Assembly: GCA_004022145.1 (NCBI GenBank)
Contig: RCNU01000017.1
DNA from: Paecilomyces variotii
Lineage: Eukaryota
Direction: 5' to 3' (one strand)
DNA: 64,000 nucleotides
Shown: one piece after another, positions 12,279-23,265 of the stretch
How positions within the stretch are numbered: position 1 is the stretch's first letter
How the letters are laid out: each line of letters starts with the position of its first letter
Made by a program: the position numbers and the translations under genes
Notes under the pieces: model-generated
Told to the model about the DNA's origin: nothing
Seen by the model: the letters and a program-made list of their open reading frames with translations, nothing else
The model's database searches: none

Positions 12279-13345
12279 ATATCTGACACAAAATACTTCA
12301 ACAAAGTGCCGAGAAATCAGGCTGAGTGGACTACATCAGTCACTGCAGCCAATGTTGTGGACAAATCGTTGAAGTCATGTCGGCAATTGAGGTCTGGATC
12401 GAGAATCTCCCAGGTGCAGTATATCCTTTTCCGAACAATTTGGCCAGGGGTAAAACCTCCACAAGCCTTTAATCCTACTATGTTCAATTTGGCTACTGAA
12501 GTCCAACAAGCTCGCCAAATGCTGGGTAACTTTCTAGCCTTTCAGAATTATCTTGCTGCTATTGGGACAAATACATCTCAGAGCATAGCAGAGTTTACAG
12601 TGCCATTACTTCAACAACGGGAGGTATAGATGCACCCAATCTACACGGGAAATATAAGCTGGCTGACATTGATTAAACAGGCGTTAATAGCAATTTAATC
12701 AACCTCTTACAAGCTATTACCTCAATAGACCCTACCCTAGCCACAACTTGAGGTCAACCGGCCCGGTACATGGATGACTACGGGACGAGATATGGTTTCA
12801 TAACTACGTACGACGAGGAAACTATTTTCCTCGAACGCACTGGACATTTCCAGTTCAAGAGGTCTCACGTAGTTAGCCATGAGACTGTTTCCAGTTCCCA
12901 GCCAGTCAACATCAGCGTCTACTAGGATTTGTCTAGTTGCCAAATTTGGGAGCGCTAGGCAGTACGTGGCCCACACCGATGGTCAGTTACAAGATCTCAA
13001 TTCCGGAAGAATAAACACTATCATCGAGTGTAACGTCGGCACTAGAAACAAACGCTCCCCTCAGGTGCAGATGCAAGAGGTCTCCCAGAGAGCGGCATGG
13101 TAACAGGAGTACCCGGAGGCTGGAGCCTGGAATTATGCCCAGTAAGTATAGATGTGTCCTGGAATCAGATATGTAATAGGAACTAACGAAGAAAGTATAT
13201 CCCAGGATAAGAGTGATATCTACATTACTTTTCCTGATTATGATGGGAATTGAGTGAGATATCTGAAGGGTGGCAGCATAGCAAAAGCTGGTTTCATGAC
13301 GATGAGACAATTCGGCCCGTGGGAACTCAATGTTCGACCCAGGGG
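12279..13345 (+). pseudogene. Degraded fungal PD-(D/E)xK-like nuclease-fold gene
   Basis: Motif succession LRSGSRI..QYILFRTIW, DID*TGVNSNLINLLQA, YVAHTDGQL..IIECN..VQMQE, SQD..IYITF..FGPW. Multiple stops and a frameshift. The probable start is ATA at 12279 (ATG>ATA). Confidence 0.65.
12752..12922 (+). pseudogene. Fragment of a second nuclease-like fungal family nested inside the pseudogene
   Basis: Open 57-codon stretch GQPARYMDDYGTRYGFITTYDEETIFLERTG..., matching the remembered GQxxxYM..YGFxTTY..TIFL motif and lying between two adjacent host motifs. Confidence 0.55.
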
Positions 13346-13435
13346 ACCTTTCGGTAAAATATTTACCTGACTGGCATCACAATCTCTGTTCCAAATACAC
13401 ACCGACAACTCATCAAAAATCTTAAAGAAAAGAAG

Positions 13436-14386
13436 ATGCCATTTGTATCTACCCGACAGACACCTCGCCGCAGGCTTAATACCCTGTGGGAGAAGGTGGT
13501 CCTGGAAAAAGACGTTGACCTGCAGGAGGATGAGGTAACCGAAGCCACCCTTGAAAAATATCAAATCGTACGTATCAACTGCGATTTTGAAAAATTCGAC
13601 AGTACTAATGTGAGTCTGGAACCACCTGTTCTTTTCCGGCCACTTAGCCTCGAAAAGCTTCGAAGCCACCCAGTGGACCTACAAGAACACGAGGTGGACT
13701 TTCGAGACTATAACCCTCCAACAGATCCTGAAGAGCTACGTCGTGGATATTGGGATCCTGTCGATTGTGCAGGGGAAATCTCCCGATATCTCAAGGCTCT
13801 GGTCTTTGGCTTTCCAGTGATTGGTGAGCCCGATTTACCCAGCCTCGCAGAATTCCACGGAATGAGTCCAGTCCAGTTAGTATCCTGATCTTTCTCTTCC
13901 TTCTAATGCAACTACTAAAGCTGCTATAGTTACCCGAACCCTCTTCTATTGGAAGACGGAGGAACAGATGGGCGGAGATGGAGAAGTAAACTGATATTAG
14001 AATATGGGAAGGAGGATGATAAGCCTGTTTACCCTCATGTTTTCCTTATGACGCTGCATTTTGGCAATGGCAAGGATGATTCTATGAAATTCGGAGAGCT
14101 GTCAGCGATCATCACAATGATGCGATGTCGTGCAAATCAGCCCAAGGTCGACGAAGATGACCAAGAACTGGAGCCACGACAGCTCGAATTCGAAAAAGAG
14201 AAGAGATTTCCTGTCCTGATGGTTTCTGTCATGGGCCCTCAGCATGGCCGGATGTTCTACGCTTGCATGGATGGCGGAACCTTGGTGATTAGACAATCTC
14301 GTCTCTTCAGTTTTGAAAGGAAGGACACTGCACCGTGGGAAGTATTCCAGCGTGTGATTGTGAGTTGTCCATTGATGGAAGCTTAG
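13436..14386 (+). CDS. 298-aa accessory hypothetical protein (FPVLMVSxMGPQHGR family; possibly a degenerate PD-(D/E)xK fold)
   Basis: Exons 13436-13875 and 13930-14386 join via a GTTAGT...TAG intron into an open 897-nt frame. The stop lies 8 bp before the right repeat array. Confidence 0.8.
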
Positions 14387-14394
14387 TTCTTCCT

Positions 14395-14514
14395 CCCAGG
14401 CCGCATAAAGGCGGGTTCCTCATATTTCCCAGGCCGTATGAAGGCGGGTTATCAATCTTTCCCAGGCCGTATGAAGGCGGGTTATCAATCTTTCCCAGGC
14501 CGTATAAAGGCGGG
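14395..14514 (-). repeat. Right array: 4 copies of the same 21-mer in inverted orientation (CCCAGGCCGYATRAAGGCGGG on +)
   Basis: Copies start at 14395, 14428, 14461 and 14494, an exact 33-bp period. Confidence 0.93.
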
Positions 14515-15653
14515 ACATATGATGCAGAGTTTCCATGAAATAGAAATGGATTTTCACTTGCTTCCATCAGTAGGATCATATCTGAAGTAATGTCACAAGC
14601 AGTAGTAAAATACCAATGAGTTCCTGGCTTCCACCTTAAGAAGATAAAATGCTTTCAGTAGAGATCAACTTTTAACAATCAGCAAATTATTAGCGCCTAG
14701 ATATGCGGAGATGGCTTTTTGTAGATATACTCTGTGAGGAAGACTATATCTCTAGATACTCCTATACCGCGAGGACATTGCATTTGGCTCTACATGTCGG
14801 GAATCCCGTGTCATTCTACTCAGACACAGTGCATTTTTTTTCCCCTGCACCTATTTTCTGCGCTGGAAATCACATATTGAGCCGGGAAAGCGCATTGAAA
14901 AAAGGTCTAAAAGACATTGAGAAAAGGAGAGTCTGAATGGTAAGCCATATTGTGCCCAGCATGTAAAGATAAAAGAATTAGAGAAATGAATACCTCTAAA
15001 CTGCATTCATGAGTTGTAATAGAATGTACCCATTCCGATCCTGGGCTTCATTGGGTGAGATAGGCCAGTTGAAGTTATCAACAATTCTGCAACGCACAGA
15101 AAGGTTACCCCCGTGTTCCTTCCTCTCTTGAAAATTGAAGGGGACGATCACTGAAGATCTTGACGTATAGGGCTGACAGGTAGGAATGTGCATCTGTGTT
15201 TCATGGTGTGCTGAGCGGTGGTGTATGATGGGACGTGTCAAGTGCACTCACTTCCCGAGGTATGCATACCATAGTATTTGGCGGCGCGCAATAATGAAGT
15301 GTTGACGTGATTATCTTGGAAAGACTACTCTAGGTGACAATGATTGTGACATTTGATAGGTATAGTATGTATGTGCTGGGCCGCTTCTAGGGATACGCGG
15401 GGCTGGCTGGCATGTGGAATGTTGGCACACGGGAGGCTGGAGAGAACTGGATTTTCCCAATTGGGACGACGTGTCGCCGTACTTGAAGTATATAAGAGTT
15501 ACCAAACGGCTTCAATATCTCGATGCCACAGATTCTCAAGCTCGAAGACGATCGTTAAATAGTTTAAATACCCTCGCTAGATCACCTTGTCTTGCCAGAT
15601 ACCTCGCAGGCGAAGTATATCAAGACAGACTCTCGTTTCAGTACTTAGCCACC

Positions 15654-16092
15654 ATGCAGTTCAACATCCTCACCTTGACCGTCGCTCTGGCCGGCGCTGC
15701 TGCTGCCTTGCCCAAGATCCCAGCAGTCTCCTGGAACCAGACTCATGCCGTTACGAACGTGCATGCGATCAACCTGGTCAACTTGACCAATTCGAACACG
15801 ACTCGAACGGCGCAGCAGAAGAGCACTACGTTGGCCAGTCAAGCTGGTAGTAGTAGTTCGGATAACGACGTCTGCACGACTCTCTGCTCTCTCCAGGCGC
15901 AGATTTGCAGCATGGCGCTCCCCACGCACGATGACTACTGGTGAGTGATTTTCAATCGCCCCTCTTTCGCAGGTGGCGTGTGCACAGTTTAGTTTGTCCT
16001 TCGAATGATTCTAAAGCTGATTGGGGTTGGTACTTAGCTGGGGCACGTACCTGGACTGCAGCAGGATGTGTGACCCGTCCTTGATCCACTGA
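15654..16092 (+). CDS. Small secreted cysteine-rich protein, 113 aa
   Basis: Signal peptide MQFNILTLTVALAGAAAA. Exons 15654-15940 and 16038-16092. Six Cys in the C-terminal part (CTTLC..C..DDYCWGTYLDCSRMC) and several N-x-S/T sequons. Confidence 0.8.
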
Positions 16093-17000
16093 ACCAAGAG
16101 GTAATTCATTATTAAGTTCCCGCGGAACGCATTCCTGTCCTGACGAGCAATACTGACTGGAGAGCTCAGGAACCAACCTACTTGATCCAAAATTCTTGAA
16201 TTGGACCTGAGAGAATTATAGGGAGAATCTGACAGATGAGCACGTGATATGGATATGAAACATGGGTTATGACTTTTTTTTTTCGGACGTAACGGGCGCT
16301 TTGGGAAAATGGGTGTTTTGGATGCGTGATGGGAAAATAATGATGGTTATTATTATCTGGTTTGGTCTACACGGACACTGTTCGGGATTTTATGAGATAC
16401 GATTCGACTCCTGTAGGTAGAGAATGAATGTCGAGAACAAAGAGTTCTAGTCTACTATCCGGTGCCAGCTTAGTGGTGGGGTAAATTGCTCGTATCTTTT
16501 ATCTTAAATTCCAGAGTCCAGATGAATCCGGGCTGTTTTCGTGAGCCATTAGTATATTATCGTCGCTTGCAGGCAAAAAGAATCGTCCACGGGCATCTCG
16601 TGCTGCTCCTGAGAGGTTGACGGCGCGGGCCAATCAGCGCACCGGGATGGCTCACATGTCACGGCGTGCCTATCACACACAGCACGCGACACTCCGATTC
16701 TCCTCCATCTCAAGCCGACGATCTTTGCGCTGCAAGGCCCCATATCCATCATCGTGCTCGGCCCAGCTGGAGATGTCTCTGCCACTCTGCTTAAAAGCTC
16801 CAACCCCCCTCCGTTCACCCAGAGGGGGCGCAAGACCAGTCTGCTACTTACTCTACTTACTCTCCTCATCCAGATCTCTGTCCTGAAGCTGCGCATCCGC
16901 TGGCTGACAAGCTGTCCTTCCTGTCATTGAGCTGCGGGGCATCATCCTTCAGCTCGTGCTCCAGTCTCAAGATCACCTCCGGAGCTGTCAAGACCTAGCG

Positions 17001-18234
17001 ATGCCGCCCCCTCGTCTGCCACCGACCCCGTCAATGTCGGGCGAGCTGATTATCAAGGATCAGCCGTTCCCGGAGGGTTCTGAATCTTTCTTTTCCCTGC
17101 CTCCAGCTGCATTGCCGTCGTCTGCTGCAGCAGGAACAGGAGACAGAGAATCCAAGATGGATGCAACTGCTTATCGCCCGACCTCCCCAACTTCACCACA
17201 CGCAGCCTCCACGGCACGCAATGCCAATCCACCACGAAGAACGAGCACCAAGAGGCCGCTGGAAGGATTCGACCTCCCACCGCCTCCGACTCGGACTCGC
17301 AAAATCATTCAGATGAAGCCAAAGGCCCAGGCTCCGGCCAAGACGGAGACGGAAGCTAAAGCCAAGGATGCCGGCAAGACGCAATCAACCGGCAGTTCGC
17401 AAACCAATAATGCATCCAAAAAGAAGCAGCCTAGTGCGACCAGTGCAGCAGGCAGGAAGATTGCAAGGAAGACAGCACACAGCCTGATTGAGCGGAGGCG
17501 GAGGTCGAAGATGAACGAGGAGTTCGCCACATTAAAAGACATGATTCCTGCCTGCAAAGGCCAGGAGATGCACAAACTTGCGATCCTGCAGGTCAGTGTT
17601 CCCATGGTCCAGTGAAAAAAATAGCGTTAGCTGACAGTTATAGGCGAGCATCGACTATGTCAACTATCTCGAACAGTGTATATCAGATATGAAGACGGCG
17701 GACAATCGCAACATGGGCCGGTCAACTCGACCGCCGCCAGGCCCGCCGTCGCCAACGTCTCCGGATTTCTTTACTGGGTCGCATCAATCGGGAGAGAGTG
17801 TGCCTTCTGCTTCAGCGTCGCCGGAGCTGATGCCGGATCGGTCTCAGATTAGCACCATGTCGCCATCTCTGTCCCCACGCAGTCACCACAACCAAGCTCA
17901 ACTGCCCGTTGAACTGAGAGGTGGCATGCTCCCGAGCCCTGCACTGGGTCCATCGCGGTCACGGGAGAACTCAATACGCTCCCCAGAGCATTCATGGATT
18001 GTGTCCAATGCCCCCTCCGTCTCTGCGTCCCCTGCCATTCAGCCCCAACGGAGCAGCGTCTCCTACAGGGACAGCGACGTCGATCATGAGGCCTCCGCTG
18101 CCCTGCTGATGTTGAACATGGACAGGAGAGGCACCTTGGACTCAACGAAAGAAGTGCTTCCGTCTTCGTTGGCCCCCTCTTCGGACAATAACCGAAAGAT
18201 GGGGATGAGCGTGAGAGATTTGCTTATTTCCTAA
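17001..18234 (+). CDS. bHLH transcription factor, 393 aa
   Basis: RKTAHSLIERRRRSKMNEEFATLKDMIP...HKLAILQ|ASIDYVNYLE across intron 17592-17643. Confidence 0.92.
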
Positions 18235-19887
18235 ACGAATGTAATATGCACTGCTTTCATATGTACATAACGATGCGTGGCTATTTGATAGGGTCTATGG
18301 TTGAGGGTAACGGGATCTGCGGTGTTTTTGTACTGTTGGCGTATATTCAGCGTCCTAGAATGTGGCATCAGGGAAGCAAGGGCAAGGGCAATGGCAAGGG
18401 AATTGATGACAACTGATGGCATTATGAGACGTGACGGTTCGGAGTCTATTGTTTAGGAGCGAAAAGCCTTGTTTATGATCAGTAATCGGAAAACTCCATT
18501 GATAGACCAATAATTACCATGTGCACGTTCATCCGGTTTCCCTTGATAGCTTTGGACCGATGGCTAATGCGTTATTATCGCGTGGATCAAGGCACTCCCG
18601 TCTTGATGTCGTGGATATTCTGAGAAGCTTCGAAGACACTAGGACTCACATTAATCCCGCACAACTCCATTATAAGAGACCGTTACAGATAGAAACAGCA
18701 ACGCAACGAATATACGCAAAACACTCTAATCAACAATAGTGAACCTCCAACGGTCTTGGAATTGCGGGGAAGCCTTGGCAGCACCAGCTAAGCCTTATAC
18801 ATAGCTAGAGCCTAGAAGTAGAGTGGCCCCGAATTGCGGGGATTTACCCCGGATATTCCCCAAACTTGCCTGATAAATTATAATCGACGGTCCCAAAGTC
18901 ATTAATCAGAATATCTGTTGCGGATTCTATGGACTCTAGGCTTTATTTCTGCTTCGATGAAGTGATTGTATAGTTCTGGAGGTTTATGGTATTGAAATAC
19001 GTCGAATAACAAGTGGAGATGCTCTTGGCCCAATTTCTTTGATACGGATCTGGTCGCAGAATCGAACATGCTACTAACTAACTAGTACTTTTTCCTCTTT
19101 GAAACGTCTTATCTTGGGTGAAGTCCCTTAAGCAAGTCTACATCGTGAACTTCAGACAAAGGTATAATCTCCGCGGGAAAATAAAACTTCTAGTCCAAGA
19201 TCTCCATTCTAAATCGGCAAAACTGTAGCGAGACAACCTCTATAACACCAAAAGAGAAAACTCTTATAACGCCACAATTCCCAGCTCTCGCATTGGCAAA
19301 TCCTCGAGAGCGTCCTAGGTAGGCCCCACCACTACCAAAGAGGGTGACACGGCGTATCGTATCCCAGTCTGCTACGCTACAGACACTAAGGCCCTTTCAC
19401 GGCTCTCTTCCTGCGGGGAAGTGTCCCTGACGATTCGGAGTCACTGATGTCTCGTGAGGGTCAACTGATCTGCTGGAAGTGTTTTTTTTTTCCGTCTTCT
19501 TCTTAGTTGCCCGGTACTCCGCATACAGTAGAAGCTGTAGCCGGTAGGGGAAGGGCGGAATTGGTTGATTGATGATCTTCTTATACCCCGACATTCGTTT
19601 CCGTAGGTAGGTAGGTAGGAGGAGATGTCTCCAGAGTTATATAAAGAACGTTCTCTCCTGGTTCTTTTCCTGGACTTATAAGGTCCAAGATTAGAATGTG
19701 ACTTGTCTTTTCTTACAAAGAACAAAGCAGTCTCTTTCCACAACACAAGTAGGATTAATCCGTTTTCTGGTATTGGAAACCTCCCCCCTCCCCGACCTAC
19801 ATTTGACATACACACATATAACGTATATGCCAGCCTTCTACCAAATCATCAAAACACAGAGACCCAAAACACCCCTCCTTCGAAAAA

Positions 19888-20075
19888 ATGTCCGATCAAG
19901 AAAAGAACAATTCCATCCAAGACATCATCAGATCCAACGAATCGCTATCCTCCATAGACCCCACAGCAGACAAGAAACTCCTCCGGAAATGCGATCTACA
20001 CATCTTACCGGTTCTGATGCTGCTTTACTTGATGTCGTTTATGGATAGGATTAATGTACGTCGCTCCCCGAGCAG

Positions 20076-20129
<54 letters not shown>

Positions 20130-21883
20130 GCCTTATAGTGGCTGAAATCGCGAATAACTACCTAATAATTTGAAAAAAGATCGGAAACGCAAAACTCCAA
20201 GGCCTCGAAAAGGATCTAAACATGTTCGGAAACGATTACAATATCGCATTATTCGTATTTTTCATCCCGTATATCCTGTGCGAAGTCCCTAGTAATCTCA
20301 TCCTGAAGAAGGTGGCTCCGTCGAGTTGGCTTAGTGGTATTATGTTCGCGTGGGGTATGTATGGGTTTTGTTTTCGAAAGTGGTTATGTTTAATTTTCGG
20401 TGATTTTTTTTTTTAGATTTGATTGCTAATTTTGTATGGTGAAGGTGTCATTACGATCTGTCAGGGTGTTACGAAAAGCTTTGGTGGTCTGGTCGCTTGT
20501 CGATTCTTACTTGGTGTTTCTGAAGCTGGGTTTGTGCCAGGTTTGTTTATTTTCCTGGGAGTTAATTATTTGATTTTTGTTTTGGTTATTCTTCTATAAT
20601 TGACTAATATGGGGAGAATAAACAGGATGCATGTACTTCATCTCCATGTACTACAAGCGTTACGAACTACAATGGCGAATGAACCTCTTTTTCTCATCAA
20701 GTATCATGGCTGGAGCGGTTAGCGGAGTAAGTACAGTACATACAGTACATACATACATACTGAGCTTTCTCGCTGAGCATAACCGATTGAGCTAATACTC
20801 CAAACGCAGCTCCTAGCCTACGCAATCGCAAACAACATGACAGGAATAATAATAATAATAGGAGGAGGAGGAGGAGGATACAATAATGGCTGGCGCTGGA
20901 TCTTCATCATTGAAGGTCTCGCTACAGTTGTTATTGCTATAGTTGCCAAATTTCTCATCCCCGACTGGCCGGAGAGTGCAAAGTTCTTGGACAGTGATGA
21001 ACGTGCTCTGTTGATTCGTCGTTTGGCTTCTGATCATGGTGGAGGAGTAGCGATTATGAATCGACTTGATAAGAGCGCTGCTAGGAGGGTTTTTTTGGAT
21101 GGGAAGATTTATCTGGGGTATGTCCTCATTACAGTATCATTATCTATCGAATGATGTTTATCATTATGATGGTCTCTGACGAGGGCTTTTTTTTTTTTTT
21201 TACTACTTAACTACCTCTGCTAACTTAACTTTCTATCCAGAACAATCATGTACCTCGGCGTCCTCAACACCGGCTACTCAACCTCATTCTTCACCCCCAC
21301 CATCCTCAAACAACTAGGCTGGACATCCGTCCGGGCCCAAGTAATGAGCATCCCCATCTACATCGCCGCCACAATCACATCCCTCTGCAGCGCCCTCGCA
21401 TCAGATAAACTCCACCACCGCTTCCTCTTCACCATACTCGGATGCATAATCGCCACTATCGGATACAGTATTCTTCTCTGCCAAGTATCTGTTCCCGTGG
21501 GAGTTCGCTATTTTGCCATCTACGCCATCACGGCGGGTGGGTATATGACTCAGCCTATTGTGATGGGTTGGTTGAGTAATAATGTAAGTGGGCATTATAA
21601 ACGGTCTATTGCGTCGGGGGTTCAGATTGGGTTTGGGAATTGTGGTGGGTTGATTGCGAGTAATGTTTATCTGGCTGGGGAGGCGCCGACGTATCGTACG
21701 GGGTTTGGGGTTAGTTTGGGGTTGGTTTGGGTTAGTGGTTTTGCTTGTGTGGTGTTCTTTTTGTATGTGGTTCGTGAGAATCGTCTTAGGAGGGAAGGGA
21801 AGAGGGATTATCGATATGGTCTTCCTAGGGAAGAGTTGGAGAATCTGGGCGATGATCATCCTAGTTTCCGGTTTGCGTACTGA
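19888..21883 (+). CDS. MFS transporter, allantoate/nicotinate permease (anion:cation symporter) family, multi-exon
   Basis: KLLRKCDLHILP, DRINIGNAK, EVPSNLILKK, RFLLGVSEAG and GWRWIFIIEG motifs, and the C-terminal LGDDHPSFRFAY. Confidence 0.9.
20084..20129. repeat. Compound (CA)n(TA)n microsatellite in MFS intron 1
   Basis: Seen directly. Confidence 0.9.
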
Positions 21884-23265
21884 TAGGTCTTCTTGGGTCT
21901 TTCGCGTTATTCGTTTATTTACTTGTTTATCGCAAAAACATGCGTTGTTTTTTCTTCTTTTTTCATTGGCCTTTCGGAGTCGATCATTGATGATCGTACG
22001 TAGTAACTTAGTGGCAGCAATAAGACTCGATACATAACTATGTATGTATTCCACACCGTCAGGTTGGTAACTACTGTAAACACACGGAACGAAAGCGTAT
22101 GACGTATGCTGCGCCTTTACTTCCGACGTGCGCTGGCATGACGTAGTGGTCTCCAGAATAACAGTGAAGCCCTCGATTTGCCATCCATAATTCTTCGAGA
22201 ATCCTCTGATACTTGAGAAGCGCGTTATCTATCTCGGTCGTGTTGAAGCCGTAGAGCAGGCCGCGTGATTTGCTCGCCTGGGGCAGACGACCTAGGAGCA
22301 CCGATGAAGAAGATGCTGAGTGGCCAGCACCCCCCTCTCCCCCGGAAGATCTTTGGCGAGCCCCGGAGTGTCCGGACTGGCTGGAACTGCATGCCCGGAC
22401 CGGTTTATCACCAGTCAGAAGCCAGCTTCCCCCCGGGGCATGAATTCGCAACCGCGGGTCTGTGGCTACCTTGATCCTGCAAGGTGTCTGTCTGTTATCA
22501 TCGTCGGCCGAGTCGAAACAACCTGGTACCATAGACAAAATCGTTGCCCGGACAAGCTGCCCGCCTCACTGGTGATCCTCGGGTCCAGCAGCCTTCTTCC
22601 CAGAATAAGCCCACCAGAGTGTCGTAGTCAGCGAACAAAGAACACACCCGCCAAAACCACAGATCACACAGATCACAAAGAAGCAATGAGAATGGACGAG
22701 AACAGCAATGACACTTTCTTGCCGAAGCAATTAATCAATTTCTCTATTCGAACCCTGTCAAGGAAAAATGAAATACACCCCCACGATGAAGTGTGTCGTG
22801 CTAAGTCTAACATGTCAAATAATAGAACATTCGTGAGATCACAGGCAGAAATAATGGCACATAGTCCGCGTCGGGAATTAGTGGATGGTCAAAAGTTGCT
22901 TTTCGCGAGTAAGACCGGACCCATGCAAACACACGACGCATCAACTCCTGTCCCAAAAAGACACTGGCGGTATTCCCAGCGGCCGCAGCCGTGGCCAGGT
23001 CAGAAAATCTCAAAACAGACCTTTGGCCATGCGTGCAAACATGTACCTTCCTCAAGAGTCTCTATAATCGTCTCACAGGCCTCCTAACTCATCCCTCCAA
23101 CAAGGAAAGAAATCGAAGAAAAAATGGCGGAAATCAGAACGGGCATCCAGCTGATGCATGAATAGCCTTCTTCCTGTGTCTGCTTGCCGACCATTATAGT
23201 TTATAGATGTGCCGGGGGTCCACAGAGGGGGGAGACAAGAGCCCCTGGGCGACTCAAGTGTGCGT

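Larger units (their letters stand above)
10503..14514. mobile_element. Putative non-autonomous cargo-carrying element bounded by inverted 21-bp/33-bp-period repeat arrays
   Basis: Outermost copies 10503-10523 and 14494-14514 are exact reverse complements. There are four copies on each side and accessory-type genes inside. No transposase or TSD identified, so the true ends may lie further out. Confidence 0.55.

Noticed and set aside
14307-14579. ORFs with repeated peptides (PPSYGLGKIDN / PRPYEGGLSIF)
   Set aside because: By-products of the 33-bp DNA period, with no other coding evidence.
22071-23087. ORFs between the MFS gene and ugtA
   Set aside because: They lie between convergent 3' ends with no recognisable motif. 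A short stretch near 22100-22270 could be a gene relic but is unsupported.
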